Source: Eledone cirrhosa (taxonomy: Eukaryota). From it: a stretch of DNA of 64,000 nucleotides. Below, in pieces: positions 41,943 to 54,500 of the stretch. Location: the NCBI GenBank assembly GCA_964016885.1, contig CAXHJY010001439.1:275682-339681 (forward strand), in the 5' to 3' direction. A program made the translations under genes and the position numbers. The notes below the pieces were generated by a model. The model was not told where the DNA came from. It did no database searches and worked only from the letters and a program-made list of their open reading frames with translations. How positions within the stretch are numbered: position 1 is the first letter of the stretch; each line of letters opens with the position of its first letter.

Positions 41943-42964
41943 CATCCTTACTTAGGGCTATATAATAGCAACAACAATTATTAGTTTTTAATTACTTTTC
42001 AAAACAATTCCTCTAATTTCATAATGCGATTTAAATTTGATATATGGCTAGGGGTTGGTGGGTGGTGTGATCTGTGTAGAGCTGTTTGTGTTGAACGGCA
42101 CGTCTAGACTCTTCTTCGGCAATATATATAAACTATAGCTTAATGTAGCACAACATAGTTGCACACATAGCTACATGTTAGTGACTATATTATAATTTAA
42201 TACCCGCCCCTCTACTCCCACCAAAAATAAAACTACTCAGCCACATACCAATAAAGGTAATTCACGAAGAATCTAATTATATTTAGGAAAAAACAACAAC
42301 ATATACATACTAAAAAGCACACATAAACACACAGAAAACAAACAAAAAACTTTTAGTCTATAATGAGGAAGTCTTTTTATTTTTTTTTATTCCTCTTTCA
42401 AAAGACTTCAAACTCTTTTAGACAATAGCAGAAGAAAAATAAACAACTTTACGTTCTAGAAATAAAACAATCTGCGAAATATGAAAGAATTTGTGGCTTT
42501 GGCGCCGAGGTGGACGAGAAAATATTAGACGTATAAAAACAATAAAAAACAAACAACAAAAATAAAACGAAATAAATGACAGGCGTAAAAAGTAAAGAAA
42601 TAAGAGAAAAATAAAATAATAAAAATAAAAATAAGAGAAAAATAAAAAAAAATAGGAATAAAATAATAGAAAAAAATAAAGATGAAAATAAAGAATAAAA
42701 TAAGAGTAAAATAACAAAAGAAATAAAGAAAAAAACAATTAGAAAATTATAAGAAAAATCATAAAGAGAGAAAAAAGAAGAAACGCGTCTACTCATAGCA
42801 GCAGTTAATTGTGTGAAAATATTATGGATGATCATTTAAACTAGAAATACATCTTTGATTATTAGTGTGGAAACTGCTGTGTTGTGAATAAATCAAATAA
42901 TTCGATATGTTAAAATTGCTGGGCGACCGCGTTACCGATTGCGGTCGATTAGTAGCGGTACCGT

Positions 42965-43409
42965 GTGTGTGTATATATATATATATGTGTGTGTGTGTGA
43001 GGGTATGTATGTATATATGTATGAATACATATGTATATATATATATGTATGTATACATATGTATATATATATATGTATGTATACATATGTATATATATAC
43101 ATGTATGTTTATATGTATGTGTGTGTACTTATATACGTATACATGTATCTATGTATGAATGTACGTATGTATTATATATATATATGTATGTATACATATG
43201 TATATATATATATGTATGTTTATATGTATGTGTGTGTACTTATATACGTATACATGTATCTATATATGAATGTACGTATGTATTCATGTATCTGTGTATG
43301 TATGTATGCCAGATAGGTCACGAGTGCTACGGGTAACTTAGGATGAGTTACGGCGGCGGGTTGGAATTGGAAAAAAGGTCTTTAGATAAAAATAACAAGT
43401 CAATTTATG

Positions 43410-43474
<65 letters not shown>

Positions 43475-43538
43475 GAGAGAGAGATAGATAGATAGATAGA
43501 TAGATAAGAAGGTAGGTAGGTAGCTAGTTAGATAGATA
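42965..43538. repeat. (TA/TG/ATGT)n and (GATA)n microsatellites with a ~115-bp local duplication
   Basis: GTACTTATATACGTATACATGTATCTAT occurs twice. Confidence 0.9.
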
Positions 43539-45430
43539 TGTTTCTTTTATTTGCCACCAGGGCATCAAAAGTGGGACAAGTACAATGGGGGGAGTTTACA
43601 AAACAAGGCGTCCTCAATAAGGAGGAGGCAATAACAATATATAAAAATAAAATAAAATATAACAAAAAATAAAATTTATAACAAAGTCCTCAATAGAGAG
43701 GAGGCGCCTTGGGGGGTCGCACACACCCCCTAAAAAAGTGTGCAACCCTTCTCCTCAGGAGCACAGAGAAGGGGTGCTCCCTTGGTCTTTCATCTTCCTC
43801 ACCTATAGTCTGATGTAGAGTGAAGGCCCATTCACACGGGCTATTCTCGCCACTTTCACCCATCTTTCATAGAAACGGCTGGGGTGCAGCACCTCTCTCT
43901 CCATCCTGATCCTTCTTCCGAAATGATATCGGAAGAAACGGACCAGTTGTTGGCCAGAGAGAAAGGTGTCTGACCTCAGTCCTTTCAGACGCGTCCACCA
44001 TACAACCTCTTTCGCCATGGCTATTACGCACAGAAACACCGCCTCTCCTTCGTTTTTGAAGAGGGGAGGCGGCTTGATCGTTACAATAGACTCGGTGGTC
44101 AACCGGATTGGTCCCACCCTTGACAGATCGGCAATGTCCGAGCAGTGTACTAATGCGTGTGCAACGGTTTCCTCGTCGCACACGCATCTGGGACAGATCT
44201 TTTTCGATGGGTCCCTACCCGGGCGCCCGTGTCTGTAGAGCCTTTCTCGAACGGGCAGAGCCCTTCTGACGCATTGCCAGGCCAGGGACCTCTGGAAGTT
44301 ATCCATGGGTCCCGGGCTGAATGTCCTACCGAACAGGTTGGCCAGTTCGTCTTCCTCCATGCCTAGGGCTTCTCCGAGGGCGTCGTCGCACCTGCTAACC
44401 ACCATCCCTCTATAGAATGACGAGGTGGATTCTCCACTGACAGCCGGGTCCGCCTGCCAAAGAGCCGTGAGCGCCTGGGCACACTCGGTGTGCCAGGCGC
44501 CCAGTTTTCTCGGTCTTTGCTTGACCCAGGATTGCAGCTCGGTGAGTGAGACGAGTCTGGGAAAGGCTCGCCGCACAAACGGGGCCCACACCGGTTGACC
44601 GGAGAGGAATACCTGAAGGTGCCGTAGCCTTAATGCGTGTTTACGTATCATCAGCCACGGCATCCCCAGCCCTCCTTTCGAAGGGTGTTGACAGCAGATG
44701 GATCTCCTGACCATAGGAGCCCGCTTCTTCCAAAGGAATTGGAAGAGTGCGCGCTCCATTTTGGCGAGCGTTTCCCTTGGACAAGGCACCACGGTCAGGC
44801 GGTAGTAGATGACGGACGCTATATAAGTGTTCGCCACCTCCGCCCGACCTTTCAGGGACAGTTTGCACTCGGCCCACTTCTGGGTCAGTGCAAACACCCT
44901 GCTCGTCACCTCACCCCAGTTCTTCTCCACCTGGAGGTCTGGTCCGAACCAGACCCCGAGCAATTTCACCGGGCCCTCCGTCCAGCGCCCGACGACGCCA
45001 TCGGAGGGGATCGATCTGCCCCTCCACGTGCCGAGTTGCAGACCGATCGACTTGTCCCGGTTCAGCTTAGCCCCTGTAAACCTTTCGTACTCCTCCAGTA
45101 AGGTGCCGATCGCCCCGATTTCCGAGGCCGTCGACACCATTACTGTTACGTCATCGGCGTAGGCTGACACCGCTTTCCGCAATCCCGGTTCCAACGGGAT
45201 GCCCTGCAACAACTCCAACTTCCGCAGCACTGGCTCTAGAGTCACTACATACAGAAGGGAGGAGAGAGGGCACCCCTGTCGGATGGACCGCGCGATTTCG
45301 AACGGCTCCGAAAGGTAGCCGTTCACATTGACCCTAGAGCATATGCGGCTGCTGTGCATGGCATTGATCCAGCCCCTGAAAACGGGTCCGAAGCCTGCCG
45401 CCGCTAGCACCGCATCCAGGTAACCATGGT
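43539..45430 (-). mobile_element. 5'-truncated copy of the L1/Tx1-type LINE in (GATA)n, with a 17-20-bp TSD
   Basis: (GGT)AGCTAGTTAGATAGATA at 43519-43538 and 45428-45447; 3'UTR with AATAAA. Confidence 0.93.
43803..45430 (-). pseudogene. C-terminal half of LINE ORF2 (partial RT and Zn finger); open frame but no start
   Basis: IRQGCPLS, AYADD, CPRC..H..HC; collinear with 30670-32321 but lacks the 8 residues WGYVERLL. Confidence 0.9.
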
Positions 45431-45494
45431 AGCTAGTTAGATAGATAGATAGGTAGATAGATAGCAAGCTAGCAGGGTAGATAGATAGGTTGAG

Positions 45495-45581
<87 letters not shown>

Positions 45582-45591
45582 TATATATATA

Positions 45592-45662
<71 letters not shown>

Positions 45663-45883
45663 AATAACAAATTAAAGTTTAAGCAAAGAATCGTTGCTTT
45701 CACCCTTAACGGGATCTTCTGAAACTAACAAAGTCAATCTGTGAACGCAGAAGTGAATATTCACTTTGCTGAAACTTTAATCTGTTATTTTCATAAATAT
45801 TTGCTCTACGGTTCTTATATATTTGATATATATGTATCCTTATCGAGCCCTCTTTGGATTTTAGTCTTCACATTTATTATTAT

Positions 45884-45950
<67 letters not shown>

Positions 45951-46184
45951 TATATAATCAGAAAAATAGGTAGTTAGATAGAGAGAAAAATGTTGCCAGT
46001 AAAAGGCCCCACAAGTTGCTGAAGCTGTAAGTGGTGACGTGTGAGTTGTCTAGATGGGGAGTCACAGGCGTGATGGACTGTTAATTATGTTGGCAGTTTA
46101 AAGTCAATCATTGGAGGAGATGTCAGGAATCTTGCGACATAATCAGTGGCGAGTAATGAAACAGCGGGGAAAAGTCATCAACAC

Positions 46185-46590
46185 ATGCATACATATATAA
46201 ACACATAGATATATAGATAAACACATACATACATATATAGATAAACACATACATACATACATATATACATATATATATAAACAGATACATACATACATAC
46301 ATACATATATAGATAAACACATACATACATATATAGATAAAAACATACATACATATATAGATAAACACATACATACATACATACATATATACATGTATAG
46401 ATAAACAGATACATACATACATACATACATATATAGATAAACACATACATACATACATACATATATAGATAAACACATACATACATACATACATATATAG
46501 ATAAACACATACATACATACATACATATATAGATAAACACATACATACATACATATATAGATAAACACATACATACATACGTATATTGAT
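46185..46590. repeat. Variable minisatellite (ACAT)n-ATATAGATAAAC
   Basis: About 14 tandem units. Confidence 0.9.
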
Positions 46591-46654
46591 AACACATACA
46601 TACATACATACATAAACACATACATAGATATACGCATACATACATACACTTACA

Positions 46655-46698
<44 letters not shown>

Positions 46699-47016
46699 AA
46701 TAGATACATAGATAGATAGGTACATACGTACGTACATACATACACACACACATATATATATATACATATATATATATACACATACATATATAAACACACA
46801 TACATACATACACATATATATATATATATACACACACATACATACATACACACATACATACATACACACATATTCCTCTCTCCCCCACTTTCTCTCTATA
46901 CATGTATATACATATATGTGTGTGTATGTATATGTGTGTACATGAATGCGTGTATACATACATTTTTTTAGTGTGGATATATGTAACGCACACACATCAC
47001 TCTCTCTCTCTCTCTC

Positions 47017-47127
<111 letters not shown>

Positions 47128-47482
47128 ATGTGTGTGTGTGTGTGTATGCATGTGTTTGTGTATCTGTATGTGTATGCATGTGTTTGTGTATCTGTATGTG
47201 TGTTCTTCACGAAATATATTTTCTTTAGTAATATTACCAAACTATTATATGCATACCTCCACTCTTCACTCACCTCCTACTCGCACTCATCTCTCACACA
47301 CACACACACACACAAAGACACACATACGTACACGACATACATATACTCAAGAACCCCTCCCCCTCCTCTCTGGCGTTCTCTTGTTTTCATTAAGGTGCGG
47401 ACAAGCTGACTATATAACTTCGTTTCGTACTTTTCACCATCAGAGCTGACATTCATTGCTTTTAGGTCCAGTAAACCATTCC

Positions 47483-48313
<831 letters not shown>

Positions 48314-48629
48314 TAGCTGCCAACTCGTTTTCGAGTACGGCCACTACTTTATATCCATGTAGGAGAACCCCTACCGATGCGCTGAACGAGTGTGACTTTT
48401 TACTCCAGCCAGCGACTTGAAAACTCTGGTACAAACACTACACTTGTAACAATTACTGACACATAGTGCTGGGCCCATGGTACCATGTGACGACAAGTGC
48501 AGAGAGATCTCCAGATATAAAGCAATGCCTGTGCCGTGAAGCTTTTATAGTGAGCAAAGGCACTGCACAAAGCCAGTCCCACTCTCTTAACCAAGATGAT
48601 ATTTACCAAAAAGAAGAACAAGTCAACAT

Positions 48630-48920
48630 CATTGGATACCATCAGGGTTGCAGGTGTTATATCAGAGTTTTCCTTCTCCTAGAATTCTGGCTTGACAAAG
48701 GCTAAGGGGTCATCTCTCCCGGTGATTTTGGATGGCCATTGACTCTTAAGAGCTCCTTTGCCCTTTGACAGGTTTTGTTTTTAGTCCTGCAGGATGTCCA
48801 AAGTCACCCTCCTCACCAAGAATCCTTGGTGGGGGTTGCCAGTTTAGTCGCCAACGACCCGACCATGAGACAGGTTGTACTGGGATTCATGTTACCAGTA
48901 GCACCAAGTGGTGACCTGAC
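48630..48920 (-). mobile_element. Probable 5'UTR fragment of an RTE-clade LINE
   Basis: Reverse complement contains CTAGGAGAAGGAAAACTCTGATA, recalled as an RTE 5'UTR motif; not verified. Confidence 0.45.
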
Positions 48921-49004
48921 ATAAATATATATATATACACACACACACATATATATATATATATACATATATATGTATACATATATACATATATATATAT
49001 ATAC

Positions 49005-49035
<31 letters not shown>

Positions 49036-49285
49036 AATGTAAGTATGTACGTATATGTACATACATATATGTATACAGACGTACAGTAGCATGCATATAT
49101 ACATATATATATATATATATATACATATATACATACAGGTACACATACATATATGCACGTATCAGTTTAGCGGACGCTTATTATAACGCCGCTTTGTTCG
49201 TTTGTAAACAAACTGAACAGCCTGAATTTATGCCATACGGTGTTAAGACAACCACGTCACCTTTTTGTTCAACACTGACACAGGA

Positions 49286-49328
49286 ACGATGTACTAGTTT
49301 CAAGCTTGTTAGCTATCATCAGCACCGT
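49286..49328 (-). ncRNA. Minimal type I hammerhead (HHR-7)
   Basis: Reverse complement of 49669-49711. Confidence 0.85.
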
Positions 49329-49668
49329 ATACCCTTCTGCCAGATAGTTGAACGTTCGAAAGTATATACTTTCCTTATGAAAATTAACGGCTGAGCAGCC
49401 TAATTTGCATATCGAGTGAGTTAAATCGGTCAGGCATACCGAAAACGATAAGTTGAAAATAAAATGAAAACGAAATTTCATTTCTCACTCTTAGTATGGC
49501 ACTTACTTAAATGTAAGTATGTACGTATACGTACATACATATATGTATACAGACGTACAGTAGCATGCATATATAAATATATATATATATACATATATAC
49601 ATACAGGTACACATACATATATGCACGTATCAGTTTAGCGGACGTTCAACTATCTGGCAGAAGGATAT

Positions 49669-49711
49669 ACGGTGCTGATGATAGCTAACAAGCTTGAAAC
49701 TAGTACATCGT
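49669..49711 (+). ncRNA. Minimal type I hammerhead (HHR-8)
   Basis: ACGGTG-CTGATGA-T-AGCT-AACA-AGCT-T-GAAA-CTAG-TA-CATCGT; palindromic loop III and GUA cleavage triplet. Confidence 0.85.
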
Positions 49712-50012
49712 TCCTGTGTCAGTGTTGAACAAAAAGGTGACGTGGTTGCCTTAACACCGTATGGCATAAATTCAGGCTGTTCAGTTTGTTTACAAACGAA
49801 CAAAGCGGCGTTATAATTAGCGTCCGCTAAACTGATACGTGCATATATGTATGTGTACCTGTATGTATATATGTATATATATATATATGTATATATGCAT
49901 GCTACTGTACGTCTGTATACATATATGTATGTACGTATACGTACATACTTACATTTAAGTAAGTGCCATACTAAGAGTGAGAAATAAAATTTCGTTTTCA
50001 TTTTATTTTCAA

Positions 50013-50074
<62 letters not shown>

Positions 50075-50091
50075 TATGTATACATATATAC

Positions 50092-50136
<45 letters not shown>

Positions 50137-50140
<4 letters not shown>

Positions 50141-50349
50141 AGTCGTGTGGCTGAGTGGTTGGATTCGCAATCGTAAGGTTGTGAGTTCGATTCCTGGACC
50201 CGGCGATGCGTTATGTCCTTGAGCAAGACACTTTATTTCACGTTGCTCCTTCTACCTGGAGTTGCGACCGATAGATAGTATTAGCAATTGGAAAGACCAA
50301 CGGAAACATTGTTCCCTCGGTCCGATTTGACGAAAGTCGATCGTTCCTT

Positions 50350-50364
<15 letters not shown>
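50137..50364 (+). mobile_element. Full-length tRNA-derived SINE family A with poly(A) tail
   Basis: A-box TGGCTGAGTGG, B-box GTTCGATTCC, TGTCCTTGAGCAAGACACTT, A-tail. Confidence 0.9.
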
Positions 50365-50406
<42 letters not shown>

Positions 50407-50471
50407 CTCAACTGGCATACCGCCTATGGACGCATCCAAGCAACCTTACTACAAATATATATATATATATA

Positions 50472-50839
50472 TAAATCAAGAAAGAAGAGTGACATGGTTT
50501 GCTATACAATAAGGGCTTTATTCACATTGCTGACAATGGTTTCTCTGAACTGGTAGGTCTAGAGATCGCTACCCGCCTTTTTTTGCGTCAATCGATCATC
50601 AATACTTTGTTATAACCAGTCAATTCATCAGAGCTAGCGAGAATTGTATTTGCAAACCATGTCACTCTTCTTTCTTGATTTATTATTGCTCCAAGTGTAA
50701 ACTACATAGAAATCACCGCGTACTCGCAGCATCACTATGGAAACGTCTTGTTGAGTCAAACTTAACCAAGCGTTAATACTATCCACTACTAACTGGACTA
50801 CATCTAAGTGGACTACCTATAACAATAATTTGTTTTCCC

Positions 50840-50840
<1 letters not shown>
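50472..50840. mobile_element. Head-to-head insertion with ~40-bp inverted arms (50472-50510 and 50643-50682) between (TA)n tracts
   Basis: AAATCAAGAAAGAAGAGTGACATGGTTTGC and its reverse complement; hammerhead-like motif between the arms. Confidence 0.65.
50527..50636 (-). ncRNA. Hammerhead-like motif with long stem II and weak stem I (HHR-9)
   Basis: Reverse complement reads GCT-CTGATGA-(..ACTGGT...ACCAGT..)-GAAA-CCATTG-TC-AGC, then AATAAA. Confidence 0.5.
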
Positions 50841-50918
<78 letters not shown>

Positions 50919-50956
50919 CATAGAAATGGTGTAAGGTACACTTTTACTGAAAATGA

Positions 50957-50993
50957 AACTTTGAAAAGCTACCCATAGCGAAACCGGTTAGTT
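50957..50993 (+). ncRNA. Minimal hammerhead with U3-A8 covariant core (HHR-10)
   Basis: AACT-TTGAAAA-GCTA-CCCA-TAGC-GAAA-CCGG-TT-AGTT. Confidence 0.55.
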
Positions 50994-51505
50994 ATTATTA
51001 ATAACTAATTAAATAATAGTTACTATTTCTGTTAACCCACGCATTGTTATAAACGTGTATGAACCACTTTGTTTTCGTTGTATACTGTAAATTGGCATGG
51101 ACGTATAGATATTTCTTTCTTTCTTTCTCTTTCGTCCCTTCTCTCTCTCTCTCGCTCTCTCTCTCTTGCTCTCTCTCTCTCGCTCTCTCTCTGTCTCTCT
51201 TCTCTCTTTTGCTCAACTGGTGGTCGTTTTCTAACAGAACGGATGATAGTTATAATTGTCATGGTAGTTGGGTTGGTGCGGTGTTGGTGTGGCGTTGGTG
51301 AGGTGCTGATTGTGGCGATGGTAGTTGCGTTTATAATGGCGGTGGCGTCGGTGGTGATGATGTTAGTAAATGATATCATTGTGCTAGTGGTGGTGTTGTC
51401 GCTGATAAAGAGGTGGTGGTAGTAATGGTGTTGGTAGTACCAGTCGAATGATGGTGAAGCTAATGGTGTTGGCATGTGGGTGGTGGTAGTGGCATTGGTG
51501 GTGGT

Positions 51506-54500
51506 GGGAGTGCCAGTGGTTCTGGTGGTGGTGTAGGAGGTAAGAAGAGTGGTGGGGGTGCCGGTGGTTCTGGTGGTGGTGTAGGAGGTAAGAAGAGTGG
51601 TGGGGGTGCCGGTGGTTCTGGTGGTGGTGTAGGAGGTGAGAAGAGTGGTGGGGGTGCCAGTGGTTCTGGTGGTGGTGTAGGAGGTGATATGGTGGTGGGG
51701 GTGCCAGTGGTTCTGGTGGTGGTGTAGGAGATGAGAAGAGTGGTGGGGGTGCCAGTGGGTCTGGTGGTGGTGTAGGAGGTGAGAAGAGTGGTGGGGGTGC
51801 CAGTGGGTCTGGTGGTGGTGTAGGAGATGAGAAGAGTGGTGGGGGTGCCAGTGGTTCTGGTGGTGGTGTAGGAGGTAAGAAGAGTGGTGGGGGTGCCAGT
51901 GGGTCTGGTGGTGGTGTAGGAGGTGAGAAGAGTGGTGGGGTGCCAGTGGTTCTGGTGGTGGTGTAGGAGGTGAGAAGAGTGGTGGGGGTGCCAGTGGGTC
52001 TGGTGGTGGTGTAGGAGGTAAGAAGAGTGGTGGGGGTGCCAGTGGGTCTGGTGGTGGTGTAGGAGGTAAGAAGAGTGGTGGGGGTGCCAGTGGGTCTGGT
52101 GGTGGTGTAGGAGGTGAGAAGAGTGGTGGGGGTGCCAGTGGTTCTGGTGGTGGTGTAGGAGGTAAGAAGAGTGGTGGGGGTGCCAGTGGTTCTGGTGGTG
52201 GTGTAGGAGGTGAGAAGAGTGGTGGGGTGCCAGTGGTTCTGGTGGTGGTGTAGGAGGTAAGAAGAGTGGTGGGGGTGCCAGTGGGTCTGGTGGTGGTGTA
52301 GGAGGTGAGAAGAGTGGTGGGGGTGCCAGTGGGTCTGGTGGTGGTGTAGGAGGTAAGAAGAGTGGTGGGGGTGCCAGTGGGTCTGGTGGTGGTGTAGGAG
52401 GTGATATGGTGGTGGGGGTGCCAGTGGGTCTGGTGGTGGTGTAGGAGGTGAGAAGAGTGTTGGGGGTGCCAGTGGTTCTGGTGGTGGTGTAGGAGGTGAT
52501 ATGGTGGTGGGGGTGCCAGTGGGTCTGGTGGTGGTGTAGGAGGTGAGAAGAGTGGTGGGGGTGCCAGTGGGTCTGGTGGTGGTGTAGGAGGTAAGAAGAG
52601 TGGTGGGGGTGCCAGTGGGTCTGGTGGTGGTGTAGGAGGTGATATGGTGGTGGGGGTGCCAGTGGGTCTGGTGGTGGTGTAGGAGGTGAGAAGAGTGGTG
52701 GGGGTGCCAGTGGGTCTGGTGGTGGTGTAGGAGGTGAGAAGAGTGGTGGGGTGCCAGTGGGTCTGGTGGTGGTGTAGGAGGTGATATGGTGGTGGGGGTG
52801 CCAGTGGTTCTCGTGGTGGTGTAGGAGGTGAGAAGAGTGGTGGGGGTGCCAGTGGTTCTCGTGGTGGTGTAGGAGGTGAGAAGAGTGGTGGGGGTGCCAG
52901 TGGGTCTGGTGGTGGTGTAGGAGGTGAGAAGAGTGGTGGGGTGCCAGTGGGTCTGGTGGTGGTGTAGGAGGTGAGAAGAGTGGTGGGGTGCCAGTGGGTC
53001 TGGTGGTGGTGTAGGAGGTGATATGGTGGTGGGGGTGCCAGTGGTTCTCGTGGTGGTGTAGGAGGTGAGAAGAGTGGTGGGGGTGCCAGTGGGTCTGGTG
53101 GTGGTGTAGGAGGTGAGAAGAGTGGTGGGGGTGCCAGTGGGTCTGGTGGTGGTGTAGGAGGTGAGAAGAGTGGTGGGGGTGCCAGTGGGTCTGGTGGTGG
53201 TGTAGGAGGTGAGAAGAGTGGTGGGGTGCCAGTGGGTCTGGTGGTGGTGTAGGAGGTGAGAAGAGTGGTGGGGGTGCCAGTGGGTCTGGTGGTGGTGTAG
53301 GAGGTGAGAAGAGTGGTGGGGGTGCCAGTGGGTCTGGTGGTGGTGTAGGAGGTGAGAAGAGTGGTGGGGGTGCCAGTGGGTCTGGTGGTGGTGTAGGAGG
53401 TGAGAAGAGTGGTGGGGTGCCAGTGGGTCTGGTGGTGGTGTAGGAGGTGAGAAGAGTGGTGGGGGTGCCAGTGGTTCTGGTGGTGGTGTAGGAGGTGAGA
53501 AGAGTGGTGGGGTGCCAGTGGGTCTGGTGGTGGTGTAGGAGGTGAGAAGAGTGGTGGGGGTGCCAGTGGTTCTCGTGGTGGTGTAGGAGGTGAGAAGAGT
53601 GGTGGGGGTGCCAGTGGTTCTCGTGGTGGTGTAGGAGGTGAGAAGAGTGGTGGGGGTGCCAGTGGTTCTGGTGGTGGTGTAGGAGGTAAGAAGAGTGGTG
53701 GGGGTGCCAGTGGGTCTGGTGGTGGTGTAGGAGGTGAGAAGAGTGGTGGGGGTGCCAGTGGTTCTGGTGGTGGTGTAGGAGGTGAGAAGAGTGGTGGGGT
53801 GCCAGTGGGTCTGGTGGTGGTGTAGGAGGTGAGAAGAGTGGTGGGGGTGCCAGTGGTTCTGGTGGTGGTGTAGGAGGTAAGAAGAGTGGTGGGGGTGCCA
53901 GTGGGTCTGGTGGTGGTGTAGGAGGTGAGAAGAGTGGTGGGGGTGCCAGTGGTTCTGGTGGTGGTGTAGGAGGTGAGAAGAGTGGTGGGGTGCCAGTGGG
54001 TCTGGTGGTGGTGTAGGAGGTGAGAAGAGTGGTGGGGGTGCCAGTGGTTCTCGTGGTGGTGTAGGAGGTGAGAAGAGTGGTGGGGGTGCCAGTGGTTCTC
54101 GTGGTGGTGTAGGAGGTGAGAAGAGTGGTGGGGGTGCCAGTGGTTCTGGTGGTGGTGTAGGAGGTAAGAAGAGTGGTGGGGGTGCCAGTGGGTCTGGTGG
54201 TGGTGTAGGAGGTGAGAAGAGTGGTGGGGTGCCAGTGGGTCTGGTGGTGGTGTAGGAGGTGAGAAGAGTGGTGGGGTGCCAGTGGGTCTGGTGGTGGTGT
54301 AGGAGGTGAGAAGAGTGGTGGGGGTGCCAGTGGTTCTCGTGGTGGTGTAGGAGGTGAGAAGAGTGGTGGGGGTGCCAGTGGGTCTGGTGGTGGTGTAGGA
54401 GGTAAGAAGAGTGGTGGGGGTGCCAGTGGTTCTCGTGGTGGTGTAGGAGGTGAGAAGAGTGGTGGGGGTGCCAGTGGGTCTGGTGGTGGTGTAGGAGGTG

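Larger units (their letters stand above)
49034..50016. mobile_element. Partial-tandem plus inverted hammerhead element (A-B-C-D-A followed by rcB-rcA-rcD) between (TA)n tracts; Penelope-like or retrozyme
   Basis: Block A at 49034-49176 and about 49509-49643; 49642-50016 is the reverse complement of D-A-B. Confidence 0.85.

Noticed and set aside
42780-42800. GAAACGCGTC hammerhead half-site
   Set aside because: No upstream CTGAnGA with a complementary stem I was found.
48780-48920. HDV-like or twister ribozyme at the RTE-like 5' end
   Set aside because: The required pseudoknot topology could not be built by eye.
50137-50205. Functional tRNA gene (also 14077-14143 and SINE B heads)
   Set aside because: A/B boxes only; no cloverleaf, and most continue into SINE bodies.
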